The notes beneath the pieces were generated by a model. The model was not told where the DNA came from. It did no database searches and saw only the letters and a program-made list of their open reading frames with translations. The translations under genes were made by a program, and so were the position numbers. From the NCBI GenBank assembly GCA_002269645.1, contig NIVC01003262.1, forward strand, positions 44,601 to 108,600: a stretch of 64,000 bases of DNA, written 5' to 3'. Position 1 is the stretch's first letter. The number at the start of each line of letters is the position of its first letter. This document shows positions 36,301 through 48,174 of this stretch, piece after piece. Source of the stretch: Macrostomum lignano. Taxonomy: Eukaryota.

Positions 36301-37909
36301 CTGAGTATAATAAGAACCTGGAGAGACAGCTGGAAACATTTTTATTGAGAATTTAGATTTTTTCAAAGGGTAAGGACCCTGCGCTGATGATTTAAAGTCA
36401 TAGGGATCTGGTTTCGCATTGCGAATTGAATGTGGGGAGAAGAATGCAGATTTTTTCTTATTGTTTCGAAGATGCTATGGGTGGATGTCGGTGGATTATG
36501 TCAGTGCCAGTGAGCATAACAGGTGTTAGTGGACACCTGTTATGCTCTGATTCTGTCAGGGATAATATGGATGGATATAATGGGATTATGTTCGAAGTTT
36601 TCGGAGCAAGTGCGACCCCTCCCCTTTTTTCTGATTCTGTCGGGGATAATATGGATGGATTTAGGTGGATTATGGAGGAGGTGAAAAATTTTGTCCCAGA
36701 AGCCCCCTCATGCATTCTACTGAGCCATCTAAAAGTGCAAAAACTTCAAAAAGCTCGATTTTTTCACTAAACCCTCCATAGCATTGCATTGCTCTACTTT
36801 ACCAATCCTCTTCAAATCTTACACAAAAAATGTTTAACTGTTTAGGCGCAAATGTGATGAATTTCAACACTCAATAAGAATTCTGAAAGGCGCTGTGCAC
36901 TTTTAAAGCCAGGCTGTTTTTTCAGCCTAACAGCCACCCCAACTTCCACCTGCCCTCCTTGCTTCTTTCCTTATCTGGCCAGTGTGTGTGAAAGGGGTTT
37001 AAAATTGACTAAATTTCGGCTACCATAAGTTTGCTCCACGTGAAGCGATTGACTTCAAACTTGACACCATTCTTCATTGACTTATTCTCTGTCTAAGTAT
37101 AAAGTCCAAACTCTATAATTCAATCAGAACAGAAACTGTAAGCATGTGAAGTTTGTCTGCTTTTTCTGGTGTATGGCCGCTCAACTCATTCGTCCAGAAC
37201 AAGGGACGGGGTAGGGGTCTTGGTGTACAAATGTACAGTGATTTGGAATAACTTGATTTTTTGCGCCCCACTGGGGAGCCTTGATTAGAATTTCTCACTG
37301 AACTGTTCTAGCTTGCCCGACTAGCAGTTTAGCTGCGGATGAGCAAGATAGAATCAATAAGACCGCCACGGTTTGTAAAAGCGAAAAATCTACCAAGAAG
37401 CGATACAGTCTACTTAGTCACACAAAATGGAAATTTTTACTTGATGCCTCCTAGAAAAAGCTATGCTGTAAGAACATCACACCGCACAGATGAACTATAC
37501 AACACAGGTAGTTCAAAACACACCACGAACCAGATTGCAGGAGAGCAAATCCAGAATAGAGGCCTTTAGATTCTTCCTTTAGGTTTAGTCGTATATTCCA
37601 TTGCTTCATTTCTACTAATAAATATACTTTTTAACACAAATAAACCCATATTTATCCCAATTATTAACAAGTTCTTGTTTGAGTATGAATTTAGATCTTT
37701 AGATTGCAGAAGATCTTAGAGATTTAGTATATTTGTGAACTATAGAAAATAGTTTCGGGGATCGGGATTCAGCGGGTTCAAAATCTGCGGGTTTCAACAG
37801 CTTGAATTGTTATAAACCCAATTAATCCAGCTGTGCTCACTGCCCCTCATTACACAGGTTGGAAAGCCAGCAGCAGGGTACGGAAGCCATTGTACCTTTT
37901 GAGCAGTTG

Positions 37910-38285
37910 CAGGTTATCCCCATTATTGGTGATGGAAATTGTTTCTTTTATGCCGTGTGATCAGCTGCGTGGAACCCCGCTGGAAACTGACCCAGCCTCC
38001 TTGCGGCAGGACTTGTCTTGCCGCGTTGCAGAAATCATGCCATAATTGGTTGCAGATGGCCTCATTGCACCTGACAGCGCTGATGACATTGTGAATTCCT
38101 CCTTTCAAACAGAAACTTATGTTTCAGACGAAGTTGCATCTTTGTTGAGCCGCTGCTTTAATGTGGACCTGGTCATTTATCAGGCCAATGGTAATGTGAT
38201 GCAGTATTTCAGGGCTAATCTGCACCCTCCTAACGCCATTGTGCGTGTGCTCTTGCGTCATGAGCACTACGAGTCACTGAGACTT
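37910..38285 (+). pseudogene. OTU cysteine-protease (deubiquitinase-like) domain of the Helitron ORF
   Basis: VIPIIGDGNCFFYAV (Cys box, 37928-37948), a frameshift into DQLRG..LRQ, and RHEHYESL (His box). Confidence 0.8.
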
Positions 38286-38570
38286 CGAGCAACGCTGCAA
38301 GCCTTTTCAGATGCAGAGTTCCCAAGCCTGACAACACGCAGAACTCCTGCCAAGAAGGCCAAGGGCCCGAGAGTGATGCCAGCTGACAGCCCCAGCTCAC
38401 TGGACACTGGAGCACAAACTGAGCAGATGTGAGAAAAATAGATTTTTTTGTATTGCATTTAGCATGATTTAATTGAATTGTTGCAAAAAATGAATGGCAT
38501 CGAAATCAAAACACCTCAATAAACTGTATTCAACGCCTACTCAAACTCTGCTCCTAGGCATGCCGAGCCG

Positions 38571-41500
38571 GTGACGACAGAAGCCCCGGCTCACCAATGC
38601 GGCCCAATGAGCAGCGCCTGCAATGACTGCGGTGCCCTGCTGTGGGCCAAGGAGACGAGCAATTTCTGCTGCGCCAAGGGCAAGGTGAAGCTGCCTACCC
38701 GCTCCATTCCACAGGTCCTGGCAGATCTGTACACGGGGCAGCACCGCCTCAGTGCAGAGTTCCTGGAGCTCCTGGATCAGGATCAGTTCCTGGATCAGGA
38801 GCTACAACTGTGCTGCACCTGACGTCTCTGGGTGCGAAGCTCAGATTGGTGCCTGGCTGGAGCCCCAGCTTCATCATAAGCGGCCAGCTGCATCACAACA
38901 TGGGGCCGCTGCTTGTCGAAACCTCAGCCGTGCCGCATGGCTGGCAGGTGTACTTCACTGACCGAGAGCTGGAGAGCCGCCTGAGCCTCAGCCAGAGGGT
39001 GAAGCCAGAGCTGCTAGAGCTGCTGCAATCTTTGCTGCACGAGTGCAACGGCTATGTACAGAGCCTGCGAGCTGCTTCTCAGCGGATTAGTTGCGACCCT
39101 GAGCTGGGAGATGCGCGAATTGTGATTCACCCGGACCGGAGACCAGCTGGGGAACACATTCGGAGTGAGCTGTGCCATCGAGCTGCTGTTTAAATGATAA
39201 AGATCCCGTTTCAGCTGCAGTTATACTGTTTATTCTGTGCAGTTTTTTCTAGAGTATATCCTGTGAAATAACTGCTGCACCAAATGCAATTTCCTGTTCA
39301 TTCTCAGGCGTTACAACCTCCCTACCGCCAATGAGGTTGGCATCCTGGTTGTCGGTGGCTCCGAGGACACACCGACAAGCCGTGACGTTGTGATCCGACT
39401 GCGGGGTGGCGAATTCCAACGCATATCTGAGACGCACCGGTCCTATGACCCTCTGGAGTACGTGCTGCTGTTCCCCAATGGAGAGGACGGCTGGCACCCG
39501 GAGCTGCAGATGGCGAATGGGCGGAAGCTGACCCCCATGAAGTACTACGCCAGCGAAATCATGGTGCGAGCTGGCCAGTTTAATGTGCTGCACACGGCAG
39601 GCGCCTCTTCCAGCAGTACCTGGTAGACATGGCTGCCAAGATCGAGTCCGAAAGGCTGCTGTACCTGCGGATTCATCAGAACGACCTGCGCAGCGAGACT
39701 TACAGCGGCCTGCGAGACGCTCTCTTCGCTGCTGATGGCAGGAGCACCGAAAAAGATCCCAATGAGATTGGTAAGCCGGCTTATGTGTACCTGTCTTCCA
39801 GCTTTGTAGGTGGACCCAGGTACTTGATGGAGCGGCTGCAGGACGCAATGGCCTACGTGAACAAGTTCGGCAAGCCGGACCTGTTTGTCACGGCTACGTG
39901 CAACCCGAAGTGGCCGAAGATCAGCGTGCAGCTGCTGCCCGGTCAGCGGGCTGAGGACCAACCGGACATTGTGACCCGAGTGTTTGAGCTGAAGAAGAAA
40001 GCTTTGGTTGAAGTGCTCAGGAAGCGCTTTGGCAAGGAGGCTGCGCATGTCTGCTCCTTGGAGTACCAAAAGCGCGGTGAGTGAAAACAGATTTTTATAC
40101 AGGCATTGACAGCCTGGATAAACGAATCCGCATGCTTTTTCCAACCCAACTCACCTCAGGCCTCCCCCATGTGCACTTCCTGCTGTGGCTGGCAAACGGA
40201 AGTCGAGTCACCCCGGATCGCTACGATGCCATCGTGTCTGCGGAGATCCCAGACCCACAGTGGCAGCCAGTGCTGCACGAGCTGGTCAAGACCCACATGA
40301 TCCACGGACCGTGTGGCGAGCTGAACCCGGCTTGCCCTTGCATGGAGAACGGCAAGTGCAGCAAGAGCTTCCCGAAGGACTTCCAGTCGGAGACGCTGAC
40401 GAGCGACAGTGGCTATCCGTTCTATAGGAGGCGTTCTCCTGAAATGGGAGGCTTCACGGTGGAAAAACTGTTCAAGGGTCGCAGCATCCAAATGGACAAC
40501 AGGTGAGTGCATAGCTGCATAGCTATACCGTTTTTTTCTGTACTCTGAAAGCAACTGCTTCTGTCCAATCACCAGGTGGGTCGTGCCATACAACCCTGAC
40601 CTGCTGCTCCAGTTTGCATGCCATTTGAACGTTGAAATTTGTGCCACCGCAAAGTCTGTGAAGTACGTTATCAAGTACTTGATGAAGAATGGCGACATGG
40701 CGGTTTTCAAAGTCGCCGCCACCACAGGAGCTGCTGAAACTCAGCCCAATGCTCCTCCTGAGCAGCAGAAGTCGCGAGATGAAATCTCTGAGTACCTGTC
40801 TGCGCGCTACATTGGCCCGATGGAAGCTGTAAACACCATCCTGGCCTTTGAGGTAATTTTCTGACTGTGTTTTAGCATTGCTTTTAGTCTTGGCAACAAC
40901 TCTAACGCTTCAAAAATATCCTCATCTTTTCCCAGGTGCACAACAGGTTCCCGGCGGTCATCCGACTCTGCGTGCACAAGTCGGAAGAGCAGCTCGTGTA
41001 CTTTAACGATCAGAATGCGGGCGCCAGAGCAAAGGCGCCACGAGACTCAACGCTGACGGCCTTCTTCAAGCTGTGCCGCACTGACGAGTTCGCCCGTCTG
41101 CTGCTCTACACGGAGGTGCCCGGCTACTTCGTGTGGCATCCGGGGGCGAGAGAGTGGCGTCGAGCCAAGCAGGGCGCCGATGTCGAAGGACATCCCGGCG
41201 TGAAGCGCAACACCAATATCGCGCGGATGTACACGGTTAGTCCTAGAGCTGGTGACTTGTTCTACCTGCGGCTGCTGTTGCTGCACGTGCGAGGACCGAC
41301 CAGCTTCGAGTCACTCCATACCGTGGCCGGTGTGCATAGTGCGAGTGCCAAGGCCGCCTGCATGGCTCTCGGTCTGCTGCAGCGCGATGATCACTGGTAT
41401 CGCTGCATGGCTGAGGCTGTCCAGAGCCGAATGCCGCGAGCTCTGAGGCACCTGCTGGCTGTCGTTCTCATCTGGGGCGAGCCAGACAATGGCGCTGATC

Positions 41501-41957
41501 AGTGGAGCAGCTTTGCAGAGGATCTCTGCGAAGAACTGCGTTTCCACCACCCGGACCTGAGCGCCGAGGAAGTCAGCGACCTGGCTCTGCAGAATCTGCA
41601 GAGCATGATGACGTCAATGGGCGGTCTCAGTCTGCAAGAGTACGGACTGCCTGCCGCCTCCGCTATGCCGAAAGTCGGGCCGCTGCAGTTTGACACGGTC
41701 GAGCAGGCGGAGATCACCGAGATGCGACTGCCAATGCTGACGGCAGAGCAGATGGCCATCTACGAGGCTGTGACTGCGGATCTTGTCGTTGGCTCGGGCG
41801 GCCTACATTTCCTTGACGCTCCTGCAGGCACTGGCAAGACCTTCCTGCTGGAGGTTTTGCTGGCGTTTGTGCGGAGTCGAGGGGAAATCGCCCTGGCTGT
41901 TGCGTCGTCTGGAATCGCAGCCACCCTGCTGCCAGGTGGACAGACGGCGCACTCAAC
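38571..41957 (+). pseudogene. Helitron Rep-helicase exons
   Basis: Frame-consistent GT-AG introns at 40077-40159, 40503-40575, 40853-40935 and 41958-43324 join known RepHel motifs. Several indels occur near 38780-38820 and 39600. Confidence 0.9.
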
Positions 41958-41999
41958 GTAAGTTTTCTGTTGGAACTCGAATGCACTCTTATTGTTCTC

Positions 42000-43304
42000 A
42001 AAGTTCTGCAACCTATTAGCCTAGTGTCAATTCTGCTGCACCGATCAAGCTGAAATTTAACACGCTCAGAGTTAAATATGTTTTTCATTTCCACCAAAAG
42101 TTTCAATTAATTTTATTCATTTTTTCCAGCTCCATTGCTCATTGATCGGAACCACTTTTCAGCTTGTGTATGGAACCGACGAAAGACAACTTTCGATTTT
42201 ACATATTTACACGAATGCAGCTCGGCAACAGAGCAGTCGACATCCATGCCGACTTAGCATCTGTTTTTGCTGAGTCTGCCCCGTCTTTTGACACCGTTGC
42301 GAGATGGATGCGTCATTTTGGTGACGGACGGTCGAGCGTTAGCGATGAGCCAAGATCAGGCCGCCCGCGAACATCCGTGACCGAGACTTCTGTGGCCCGA
42401 GCAGACGCGATAGTGCGAGAAGATCGGAGTGTCACGCTGAGATTTCTCGCCTATGAGCTCGATGTGAGCTATGGAAGCGCCCACACCATCATGCATGAGC
42501 AGCTGGGCCGCTCCAAGACGTGCGCTCGTTGGGTCCCGCATTTGCTCACAGCAGATCAGCAGGCCGAGCGAGTGCGCATTTGCCGTCTGTGGCTGCAACT
42601 CTTTGAGCCCAACGGGCCGAGACGGTTGTCTGACGTCGTGACAGGTGACGAATGCTGGATCTCCTTTTTCACAATGAAGGACAAGCAGTCAAACATGGTC
42701 TGGTTGACGGAAGACGAGCCCAGACCAGAGATCCTGAAGACCGGATTTCGCAGCAGGAAGCGAATGTTCACCATTTTTTTCAACTCTCAGGGTGTTGTGG
42801 CGGTTGACATTCTTCCTGAGCGAGCCACTGTGACTGCCAAGTACTATTCTGAAGTTGTGCTGCCAACGGTGCTGCAGGAGCGGCGTGACCAAGCCAGAAC
42901 TCGAAGGGGTGCCAGGCTGCTGCTGCACCATGACAACGCTGCCCCTCACACTGCAGCGACCACTCGAGCGTTCCTGGAGCAGCAGGGCATCCAGCTGCTT
43001 CCACACCCACCCTACTCGCCAGACCTCGCACCGTGCGACTTCTGGCTATTTCCAAAGCTGAAATCTGCCATCTCTGGAAGGCCGTTTTCACGTATTCAAG
43101 ATCTGGCGCGAGCGGTCAAATCAGAGTTGGAAGCAATACCAGCATCGGAGTACCTCAGCTGCTTCCAGGTCTGGCAGAAGCGAATGCAGCGGTGCATAGA
43201 AGCTCAGGGGAAGTACTTCGAGGGAATGAGACACTAATTGTGTGCTCAAGTTTCTCAAGAGTGACATTATGACCCAACTTGCAGAACTTTTTGATCACCC
43301 CTCG
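42000..43304 (+). mobile_element. Mariner element inside a Helitron intron; right TIR intact, left TIR truncated
   Basis: The right end TTGCAGAACTTTTTGATCACCCCTCG is followed by TA (43305-43306). On the left only AAAGTTCTGCAA (about 42000) remains. Confidence 0.85.
42170..43237 (+). CDS. Mariner DD34D transposase, intact 355-aa ORF
   Basis: HTH region, WVPHLL, VVTGDECW, LLHHDNAAPH and YSPDLAPCDFWLF, with no stops. Confidence 0.97.
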   Translation: MEPTKDNFRFYIFTRMQLGNRAVDIHADLASVFAESAPSFDTVARWMRHFGDGRSSVSDEPRSGRPRTSVTETSVARADAIVREDRSVTLRFLAYELDVSYGSAHTIMHEQLGRSKTCARWVPHLLTADQQAERVRICRLWLQLFEPNGPRRLSDVVTGDECWISFFTMKDKQSNMVWLTEDEPRPEILKTGFRSRKRMFTIFFNSQGVVAVDILPERATVTAKYYSEVVLPTVLQERRDQARTRRGARLLLHHDNAAPHTAATTRAFLEQQGIQLLPHPPYSPDLAPCDFWLFPKLKSAISGRPFSRIQDLARAVKSELEAIPASEYLSCFQVWQKRMQRCIEAQGKYFEGMRH

Positions 43305-43609
43305 TACATCTACATTTTCGCCAGGTTCAAGATTTTCGCCATTTGCTATTGATTTAGTATTTCTGGCTTAATGTAGTTGGGAATTGATAAATCTCTACTG
43401 CGATCATATTCTATTCCAGAATCCAAGGATTAGTCCCAGGATCAAGATGAATCTTTTGGGATCTTGGGATTACGAATAACTCTGGATTTACCAGGATAGA
43501 TAATCCCGGCATTATCTTTGGCCGGGAATTCCTAATCCCAATAATCCAGGGGTTTGACAGAAGACCAAGATTTTGTAATCCATAACTGGTGCACTTTTGC
43601 CCTACTTAA

Positions 43610-43990
43610 ACAGAAAAGTTGACATTCGAGGTGTGATAAAAAACATCAAACCTTCAAAGGAAGTCCAGAGAAAAAATGGGCCTCCTATCAACCTGGCCAA
43701 AGTAATGCTGGTTGATGACTTGGCATCCTCCGTGTCCTGCACATTCTAGGCAAAAAGTTCAACTCGAGTGAATAACTAGGCCGTGGGCAACATCCTAGAA
43801 ATTCAAGGGGCCCAAGTCTAAGAGTACGGCCAAGTCGTTGTACTGAACTGTTCTGATGCTGAAATTCGCTACTACCTTGCCAACGATTCTGATCTGACAG
43901 AATGGTTTGAAGAGGCAGTGTCCAGCCAGCAACTCTTCAAGTTGGTCCATGTGGCCCAAGCAACAGAGCATGCAGGCTACGAGAACATAA
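43610..43990 (+). pseudogene. RPA70-like OB-fold fragment
   Basis: KVDIRGVIKNIKPSKEVQRKNG..KVMLVDD..SVSCTF* and EIQGAQV*EYGQVVVLN resemble the RPA1 OB-fold beta pattern. Confidence 0.5.
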
Positions 43991-44344
43991 ATAAAATTTG
44001 AGTGCACTGTGGAGACAAAGAAGTATGTTTTCCATATAAAATGTTATATCTTAATATCTTACAAGCTACTGTTAACTAATAATTGATTAAAACTCTTTAA
44101 ATTAAATTTATTCCGAAGATAACCTATACTCGTGACTGGCGCGCAGTGTTTACTCAGCCAGGCCTACCGATTTCAACACAAGTTGCTGACCCGTCACAGT
44201 TATCTTCAGACAATTGAAGAGCTCAAGCATGAATTCCTATTTGCGTACGTTATAAAATATAACAATATTGAAGTAAGGGATAAGCAGATGCTTCTGCAGA
44301 AATTTCCAAATTCTGTTCAGATGAGGTTAGGGTAAGGTTAAGAA

Positions 44345-44756
44345 CAAGGGGTGATCAAAAGGTTCTGCAAGTGACCTCACAACTTACTGTTACAGCAGCC
44401 AAGGCATCTAATCAGTGTAACATTCCCTCAAAGTACTTTTTACCACCATCTTTGCACTGTTGCATGCATGTGCACTGTCTAAAACCAGTCATGGTACTCT
44501 GGAGTTGGTATACCCTGTAGAGCTGAACGTACCGCTTGGGCAAGGTATGTGTGAAAATGGCCTCTCAAAAATAATGGGTTTGATCCTTGGGAATAGCCAA
44601 AAGTTGCAGAGTGCTGGTCTAGAGAGTAGGATGGATGGGGCAGCAGCTAGACCCCCTGCTGCTCCAGGTACGCCATGGTTGAGGCCGGTCTGTGCAGTGC
44701 CGCATTGTCATGGTGCAGCAGGAGTCGAGGTTGCAAAACTTTTTGATCACCCCTCG
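44345..44756 (-). mobile_element. Internally deleted non-autonomous mariner with both TIRs, same family as 42000-43304
   Basis: Ends CAAGGGGTGATCAAAAGGTTCTGCAA and TTGCAAAACTTTTTGATCACCCCTCG-TA. The minus strand retains LLLHHDNAA..LEQQGV and KYFEGM. Confidence 0.9.
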
Positions 44757-45194
44757 TACAAGAGTTGTTAGAGTTTGATACTAAGTAAATCATTTTATTA
44801 TTGTGAATCACTAGCAAGTAATCTTTACTAGGCTTAGATATGCTTGTATATGTCATCTTATAGAATTAATGTCTCAAAAATATACAAGCTATGCAAATTA
44901 AATAAATGTTGCAATTATTGAAATATTATATATTGAATTGAAACCTTTTTGAAAGTCCCAACTCAAAATTTGAGTTGCGTCTATGGCAAAAACTATCTAC
45001 TAGGTTGAAGCACCCGTCTTACTGCATCTAGGCTAGTGACTGATATGGAAAAGCAATGGCTCAATAATATATATTATTAGGGTCTTTCTATTACACTCTA
45101 TTACTCATATATTACCGTTATGTTCTTAAGTATTTTAAGGGGGTTACATCACATTGCTGTATGCCCCCCAAAGATAGGGGCTTTAAATTGCTTG

Positions 45195-46380
45195 TCTAGT
45201 ATTCTAAAAATGAAAAAATTGCTTGCTTGAACGAAATTGATTATCTCCCGAAAGGCTCAACTGATTTTCTCCATTTCTTTGCCAAAAGATATCAAATGTG
45301 CCTGGGACAGTACATGCATTTTTATTAAGCTCTAGCTCATTGCTAAAGGGATTAAATATTGAATAACTGTTTTAAATGGGCTTTTTCAATGCAAATTTTA
45401 TTAGCAAGAAACTTCACTGCCAATTTTAATGACTGCACCAGAGCCAACTGATAAGAAAACTCACTTTGCCCCATGGCCCAAATAATTACTCTATTTAACT
45501 TGCGTAACCAATTAAAGGGGGTATAATAAAAATTCTGGATGCTGGCAGACAGCCTACCTCAGCTAGTCAATCAAATCAAATATACTAAAAATCAAATATA
45601 CTAAAAATGAAAAAATTGTATGTTTGTATGTTTGTATATATGCAATTGATTATCTCTCGAACGGCTTAACTGATTTTCGCCATTTCTGTCAAATGTGCCA
45701 GGGATGATATATGCATTTTTATTAAGCTCTAGCTCATTGCTAAAGGGATTAAATATTTGAATAACTGTTTTAAATGACTTTTTCAATGCAATTTTTATTA
45801 GCAAAACTTCATAGCCAATTTTAATGATTGCACCAGAGCCAACTGATAAGAAAACTCACCGGGCCCCACTGCCCAGATAATTACTCTATTTAACTTGCGC
45901 TACCATTAAAGGGGGTATAATAAAAATTCTGGATGCTGGCAGATAGCCTACCCCAGCTAGTCTTCTAGTCTTCTAGTATTCTAAAAAATAAAAAAATTGC
46001 TTGCTTGTATGAAATTGATTATCTCCCAAAAGGCTCAACCGATTTTCTCTGTTTCTTCACTAAAAGATGTCAAATGTGCCCGGGCCGGGATGGTACATGT
46101 AATTTTATTAAGCTCTAGCTCAATGCTAAGGGGATTGAATATTCAAAAAACTGTTTTAAATGGGCTTTTTTAATGCTAATTTTATTAGCCTACGCACAGC
46201 GAGAGAATTCATAGCCAATTTTAAAGATTGCATTGACGCCAACTGATAAGAAAACTTACTCTGCCCTACTGCCAAGATAATTACTCTATTTAAATTGTGC
46301 AAGCCTACCTAGGGGATATAATAAAAATTCTGGATGCTGGCAGACAGCCTACCCTAGCTAGTCTTATATACTAAAAATGA
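45195..46380. repeat. About 390-bp tandem triplication
   Basis: CTAAAAATGAAAAAATTG..ATTAAGCTCTAGCTCA..AACTGATAAGAAAACT..TTCTGGATGCTGGCAGA units start at about 45204, 45601 and 45981. Confidence 0.9.
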
Positions 46381-46447
46381 AAATAAATTCTAAATTTTCA
46401 AAAACTCACTGAAGTCCCTAGGCTAGGCCTAGGCCAAACAAAGAATG

Positions 46448-47648
46448 TAAAATTTTGGCAATAGTGCAGTTTCGTTGGCAAAATTATTTTTTGTTTAAAT
46501 TTGAAAGTTTGAAACCAAAAAACAATAACAACAATAAAATTGATGTTTTAAACCATTCTAATGATTGTGGCAGAGTTTTTAGCGGTTGACGGTCATTTCG
46601 TCTGCCGCCTTTTTGTCTACCAATATACGATATAGTCGTTTCGTCTGCCAATATATATAATATATAAATCGGAATAACTAATTATGTCACCAAGCTTCGC
46701 ATGGAAGTGTAATGTAAATGTCTTATTAATTATAATTTATTATAATGCTAGGATTTTTCTGAAAGTTCCGGAGCTAATATGTTGCATATAAATACACAAA
46801 GCCACAAGCAAATATCTCCAACCATTTAGTTTCCTTCCAACTTTCTTTTTTTTCATGTATGTAAACTCCTATGCAATTATGAATAATTGATAATCGAAAA
46901 TTATCGATAACACCACTTTCTCAGAAAATAACTTCGCATCGATGCGTCGAAAGTATTATATAGGTTAGTTAGGTTTCGTAGAAAATGAAGAAAAACAAAA
47001 TGTATCAATATAAATAAGAAAACATTCTTAAAACTTGCTTGTACTAATTTATTTTAATTCCCTACATAAAAATACTAAATAAGTGAACCAAAATAAACAT
47101 AAATAAAAAGTCATTTTGTCTGCTAAAATTCTTTGGCAGACAAAAAGGCGGCAGACGAAATGACCGCAGACCTTTTTAGCTCCCTGGTTGCCGAACTTGC
47201 CAACTTGTCATTGTGTTCTAGTGGCGCGGATACAGAGCTTGTCACTGGGCAACTGTTCTACATTTGGCAAAACTATCCACAAGGGTCTTGGTAGTTGTCT
47301 AGCCATGATACAATTTGTTGTCCAAAAGAAAAAGCAGATATTAGCAGCTTCTCAGCTAAAGGGAAATAGTTCAAGCCCCCCCCACTTGAGCCCCTTTCGA
47401 TTTTTTAAACTATTTTTTCTATAGACAACTTGCATTTCAACTCAAGTAGCATTTGAGCGTGGAACAGATTTAATGAAAAAAGTATATTAATAGAGCACCT
47501 ATTTGCTTTAAAGTTCCGTGACCAGTGAGCTCTGACACAGTCGCTAGAATGGTTTAAAACATTGTTGTTATTGTTTTCTGGTTTCGAACTTTCAAATTTA
47601 AACGAAAAATAATTTTGCGAACGAAACTGCACTATTGCCAAAATTTTA
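46448..47648. mobile_element. Outer inverted-repeat element with arms of about 125 bp
   Basis: 46448-46575 and 47529-47648 are diverged reverse complements (TAAAATTTTGGCAATAGTGCAGTTTCGTT...). Confidence 0.7.
46584..47172. mobile_element. 589-bp MITE with GG-starting TIR and 8-bp TSD (Merlin/MULE-like)
   Basis: TIR core CGGTCATTTCGTCTGCCGCCTTTTTGTCT. TSD TTTTTAGC at 46576-46583 and 47173-47180. Confidence 0.85.
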
Positions 47649-48174
47649 TATACTTTATATTACACTTTAAATTCAATTTCAAATGGCACTAATCTGTAAA
47701 TTGTATTTTTCCTATCTGTAGGCCCTAGGCCTAGTCTAAATTTTTGGGTTAAAAACGCTTAAACTTTTGATTACTGAACTAAAAATAATAATTTATAAAC
47801 TTTTAAAAAACTCACCAGAGTCCCTATGGCTATTATTAATTAGCATTATTGCATTAATATAATATCAGGCTTATTCGAGATAGGCCCAATTTTTTGTAAA
47901 TAATAGATACAGACACAACAATAACTTGTATTATATAAAGCTGGTAGTTTTAACTTACCTGAGTAGGCCCTGAGTCATATGGCCAGGGCAGACAGATGTG
48001 CCAAGATTTCAATTAAATTGCGTTGTAAGTGAGGTGGGGCGGAGAAAGAAACAAATTTGTTCGACGAACGACGAGTTCAACCAAGCAAGCTACTTGTGAG
48101 GTGGGGGTGGAGAAGTTTTTTTGGAATGGGTTGGTTTGAAAATTAGCTGACACCAAGTGAGGTGGGGCGGATTC

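Larger units (their letters stand above)
37830..43990 (+). mobile_element. Helitron (intron-containing, degenerate): OTU + Zn cluster + Rep + partial Pif1 helicase + RPA-like OB fold
   Basis: GDGNCFF..HYESL; CNDCGALLW..CC..G; SSFVGGPRY..KPDLFVTATCNPKW; EYQKRG|LPHVH; GPCG..CSKSFPK; VPYNP..HLNVE; DAPAGTGKTFLL..ASSGIAATLLPGGQTAHST. The termini were not located. Confidence 0.92.
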
